From: Devosiaceae bacterium MH13
Lineage (GTDB): Bacteria; Pseudomonadota; Alphaproteobacteria; Rhizobiales; MH13
DNA length: 61,281 nt
Direction of reading: 5' to 3'
Assembly (NCBI GenBank): GCA_019192585.1
Contig: JAHCMG010000170.1
Location: 1-61,281, forward strand
Part shown: positions 58,721 to 61,281 of the stretch, one piece after another
Layout of the letters: each line of letters begins with the position of its first letter
How positions within the stretch are numbered: position 1 is the stretch's first letter
Notes under the pieces: generated by a model
Told to the model about the DNA's origin: nothing
The model's input: only the letters and a program-made list of their open reading frames with translations
Databases searched by the model: none
Made by a program: the position numbers and the translations under genes

Positions 58721-59083
58721 ATGTCCCGCCTCCCCCACGCCGCCCTCGGCGCTTTGATCATCCTGCAATTGACCATGCTCACCAGCCTCTATGCCGGGGT
58801 CATGCCCCATCCGCCCCGCGCCATTCCCCTGTTCGCCATGGGGCCGTTCTTGGGGCTGGCCCTGTCGCTGGCCACCATGGCGCTTGTCGTCGGCCCGACC
58901 GGTTCGCTGCTTGGGCGTGGCCTGAGTGTTCTGGCGGCCCTGGCCGCTTTGCTCTCCTACGGGCCGCAAAAATGGCTCGACCCGGCCATCGGTGAGATCT
59001 GGCCCGCTGTTCTTCTTGGCCAGCTGGCCGCCTTCGCCCTGATCGTGCTTGCCGCGCGCCCATCGCTGGCCTTGCGCGCCTGA
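58721..59083 (+). CDS. Small 4-TM hypothetical membrane protein
   Basis: GGAG RBS, four hydrophobic segments, PHPP and SYGPQKW motifs; divergent from TetR. Confidence 0.8.
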   Translation: MSRLPHAALGALIILQLTMLTSLYAGVMPHPPRAIPLFAMGPFLGLALSLATMALVVGPTGSLLGRGLSVLAALAALLSYGPQKWLDPAIGEIWPAVLLGQLAAFALIVLAARPSLALRA

Positions 59084-59135
59084 CACCGTACCGCTAGGGA
59101 CGGGCCTCACTTCCTATCAGATGAGGCCCGCCCCA

Positions 59136-60272
59136 ATGACCGCTTCCTCGGCTCCCGCCCGCTCGAACATTCTCGTCCTGCCCGGAGATGGCATCGGCCC
59201 CGAGGCCATGGCCGAAGTCGACAAGATCATCGCTTGGACGAACGCGCAGGGCCTGACCGCCATCGAGACGGAAGTGGATCTGGTTGGCGGCGCGGCCTAT
59301 GACGCGCACAAGGCGGCCATCTCTGACGCCGCGATGGACAAAGCGCTTACCGCCGACGCGGTGCTGTTTGGCGCGGTTGGCGGCCCGCAATGGGATGGCG
59401 TGCCCTATGACGCCCGGCCCGAAGCGGGCTTGCTGCGGCTGCGCAAGGACCTAGCTTTATTTGCCAACCTGCGGCCGGCCATCTGCTACCCTGCGCTCGC
59501 CTCGGCCTCCTCGCTCAAGCCCGAACTGGTCGAAGGCCTCGACATCCTGATCGTCCGCGAGCTGACCGGCGGCGTCTATTTCGGTGAACCCAAAGAGGTG
59601 GTGACGCTCGAAAATGGCGAGCAGCGCGGCGTCGACACCCAAGTCTACACGACCAACGAGATCGAGCGCATCGCCGCCGTCGCCTTTGAACTCGCGCGGA
59701 CGCGGTCGAACCAGGTCTGCTCGATGGAAAAGAACAATGTCATGCGCTCGGGCGTTCTGTGGAAGCAGGTCGTCACCGCCACCCACGCGAAGGCCTATAG
59801 CGATGTGGAGCTGTCCCACATGCTTGCTGACGCCGGCGGCATGCAGCTGGTGCGCGCGCCCAAACAGTTCGATGTGATCGTCACCGACAATCTGTTCGGC
59901 GACATGCTGTCCGACGTTGCAGCTATGCTGACCGGCTCGCTGGGCATGCTGCCGTCGGCTTCGCTTGGCGCCGAAGACCCAGAGACCGGCAAGCGCAAGG
60001 CGATGTACGAGCCCGTGCATGGCTCGGCGCCCGACATTGCAGGCCAGGGCAAAGCCAACCCGATCGCCATGGTCGCCAGCTTCGCCATGATGCTTCGCTA
60101 CTCGCTCGGCCTTGGCGACCTGGCAACCCAGGTTGAAGCCGCGATCGCCAACGTGTTCGACCAGGGCATTCGCACCGGCGACATCGCCGGCAGCGACATC
60201 ACACCCGTCAGCACCTCGCAGATGGGTGATGCACTGTTGGCGGAGTTGCAACGCGTGATCGAGGCTGGCTAG
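59136..60272 (+). CDS. leuB: 3-isopropylmalate dehydrogenase
   Basis: [45 protein letters not shown]; start at 59136 (59121 possible). Confidence 0.98.
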   Translation: MTASSAPARSNILVLPGDGIGPEAMAEVDKIIAWTNAQGLTAIETEVDLVGGAAYDAHKAAISDAAMDKALTADAVLFGAVGGPQWDGVPYDARPEAGLLRLRKDLALFANLRPAICYPALASASSLKPELVEGLDILIVRELTGGVYFGEPKEVVTLENGEQRGVDTQVYTTNEIERIAAVAFELARTRSNQVCSMEKNNVMRSGVLWKQVVTATHAKAYSDVELSHMLADAGGMQLVRAPKQFDVIVTDNLFGDMLSDVAAMLTGSLGMLPSASLGAEDPETGKRKAMYEPVHGSAPDIAGQGKANPIAMVASFAMMLRYSLGLGDLATQVEAAIANVFDQGIRTGDIAGSDITPVSTSQMGDALLAELQRVIEAG

Positions 60273-60324
60273 CAACAGCTCGATCCCGAACGCCTTTGGC
60301 GATCCGGGATCTGCCGCCCTTAAC

Positions 60325-60354
60325 TTGACATCAACGGCCCCGTGTGAGCTTTAG
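60325..60354 (+). promoter_or_regulatory. Putative sigma70 promoter for the asd leader
   Basis: TTGACA at 60325-60330, 36 nt before ATG 60361; the -10 element is weak or ambiguous. Confidence 0.55.
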
Positions 60355-60360
60355 CGCGCC

Positions 60361-60492
60361 ATGCGCATGCAAAGCATCCTGACTGACGCCTACGATCTCG
60401 CCGTGAGCACCCTCACGGCGGCGTTGATGCTTGCTGCGCCCAAGGCTAGCGCCAAAACGACCACCAAAACCACGAAGACGACCGAGCTGTAA
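60361..60492 (+). CDS. Putative Lys/Thr-rich leader peptide of asd (43 aa, not in ORF track)
   Basis: MRMQSILTDAYDLAVSTLTAALMLAAPKASAKTTTKTTKTTEL; codons 32-41 are all Lys or Thr. Confidence 0.7.
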   Translation: MRMQSILTDAYDLAVSTLTAALMLAAPKASAKTTTKTTKTTEL

Positions 60493-60617
60493 CCAGCCCG
60501 CTCCTTCCGCGCGTTCGGACCTTGTGCCCAACCCGGAACCGGAGGGGGTAAAAGGGCCATCTTGCGCGCGCGGCGCGTTTTGCACACATACGGGCAACCG
60601 AACATAGGAGCTAACCC

Positions 60618-61281
60618 ATGGGGTTCACCGTTGCAGTTGTCGGCGCGACCGGCAATGTGGGCCGCGAGGCCCTCGATATTCTCGCCGAACGCGGCTTTCC
60701 CGCCGATGAAGTCATCGCCGTGGCCTCGCGCCGCAGCGCCGGCCAGGACGCCTATTTCGGCGACACCAAGCTGAAGGTCCAAGCGCTGGAGACAACCGAT
60801 TTCTCCGGCGTCGATATCGCCATCATGTCCGCCGGTGGGGCGATCTCCAAAGAGTGGGCGCCGAAGATCGGCGCACAGGGCTGCATCGTCATCGACAACT
60901 CATCAACCTGGCGGATGGATTCGCGTGTGCCGCTCGTGGTGCCCGAGGTGAACGCCGATGCGGCCGCCAACTTCGGCGCGATGAACATCATCGCCAACCC
61001 CAACTGCTCAACGATCCAGCTCGTGGTGGCGCTCAAGCCGCTGCACGATGCAGCGATCATCAAGCGCGTGGTGGTCTCGACCTACCAGTCGACCTCCGGC
61101 GCCGGCAAAGACGGCATGGATGAGCTGTTCAACCAAACCAAGGCTGTCTACCAGGCCGGCGAGATCCGCTCTGAGAAGTTCACCAAGCGCATCGCCTTCA
61201 ACGCCATCCCTCACATCGATAAATTCATGGAGGACGGCTTCAGCAAGGAAGAGTGGAAGATGATGGTCGAGACCAAGAAGA
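60618..61281 (+). CDS. asd: Aspartate-semialdehyde dehydrogenase (3' truncated by window edge)
   Basis: Manual translation MGFTVAVVGATGNVGRE...IDNSS..R...VPLVVPEVN...IIANPNCSTIQ...STYQSTSGAG; AGGAG RBS. Confidence 0.97.
   Translation, partial: MGFTVAVVGATGNVGREALDILAERGFPADEVIAVASRRSAGQDAYFGDTKLKVQALETTDFSGVDIAIMSAGGAISKEWAPKIGAQGCIVIDNSSTWRMDSRVPLVVPEVNADAAANFGAMNIIANPNCSTIQLVVALKPLHDAAIIKRVVVSTYQSTSGAGKDGMDELFNQTKAVYQAGEIRSEKFTKRIAFNAIPHIDKFMEDGFSKEEWKMMVETKK

Noticed and set aside
1-61281. CRISPR arrays, tRNA/rRNA genes, IS elements
   Set aside because: No regularly spaced repeats, cloverleaf or rRNA signatures, or transposase motifs seen by eye; a tRNAscan/Infernal run would confirm

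Overview
High-GC, mostly core-genome segment of an alphaproteobacterium. Gene content and order point to Hyphomicrobiales/Rhizobiales (inference). Housekeeping blocks: 'ptsP-prfA-prmC-DUF4167; MOSC/DUF1178/nitrilase/grxC/ComF/methyltransferase; flp pilin, PAS-GGDEF-EAL, mutT-argJ-parvulin, secA; L,D-transpeptidase-accA-xerD; aroK-aroB-corC; xerC; proX-like; leuC; rplS-trmD-rimM-rpsP-ffh; dapF-mtaB-ftsY-ispZ; leuB-asd'. Accessory patches lie at about 31.3-37.2 kb, 41.8-48.3 kb and 52.3-59.1 kb. I found no tRNA, rRNA, CRISPR array, IS or prophage. Four short ORFs missing from the ORF track were read by hand: an Flp pilin, a 46-aa membrane protein before xerD, an 8-codon uORF before yjhX/topAI, and a 43-codon ORF before asd. 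Strongest leads: (1) a putative leaderless leader peptide with ten consecutive Lys/Thr codons (KTTTKTTKTT) and alternative RNA pairings upstream of asd; (2) a circularly permuted, possibly Tat-exported flavin amine oxidase; (3) a toiL-like uORF (MSESVVSR) ahead of a yjhX-GNAT pair; (4) a minimal soluble PAS chemoreceptor. Several operator and promoter motifs (ECF42, Rrf2, TetR, CtrA-like) are also visible. All family assignments come from motif recognition and recalled knowledge; no searches were run.
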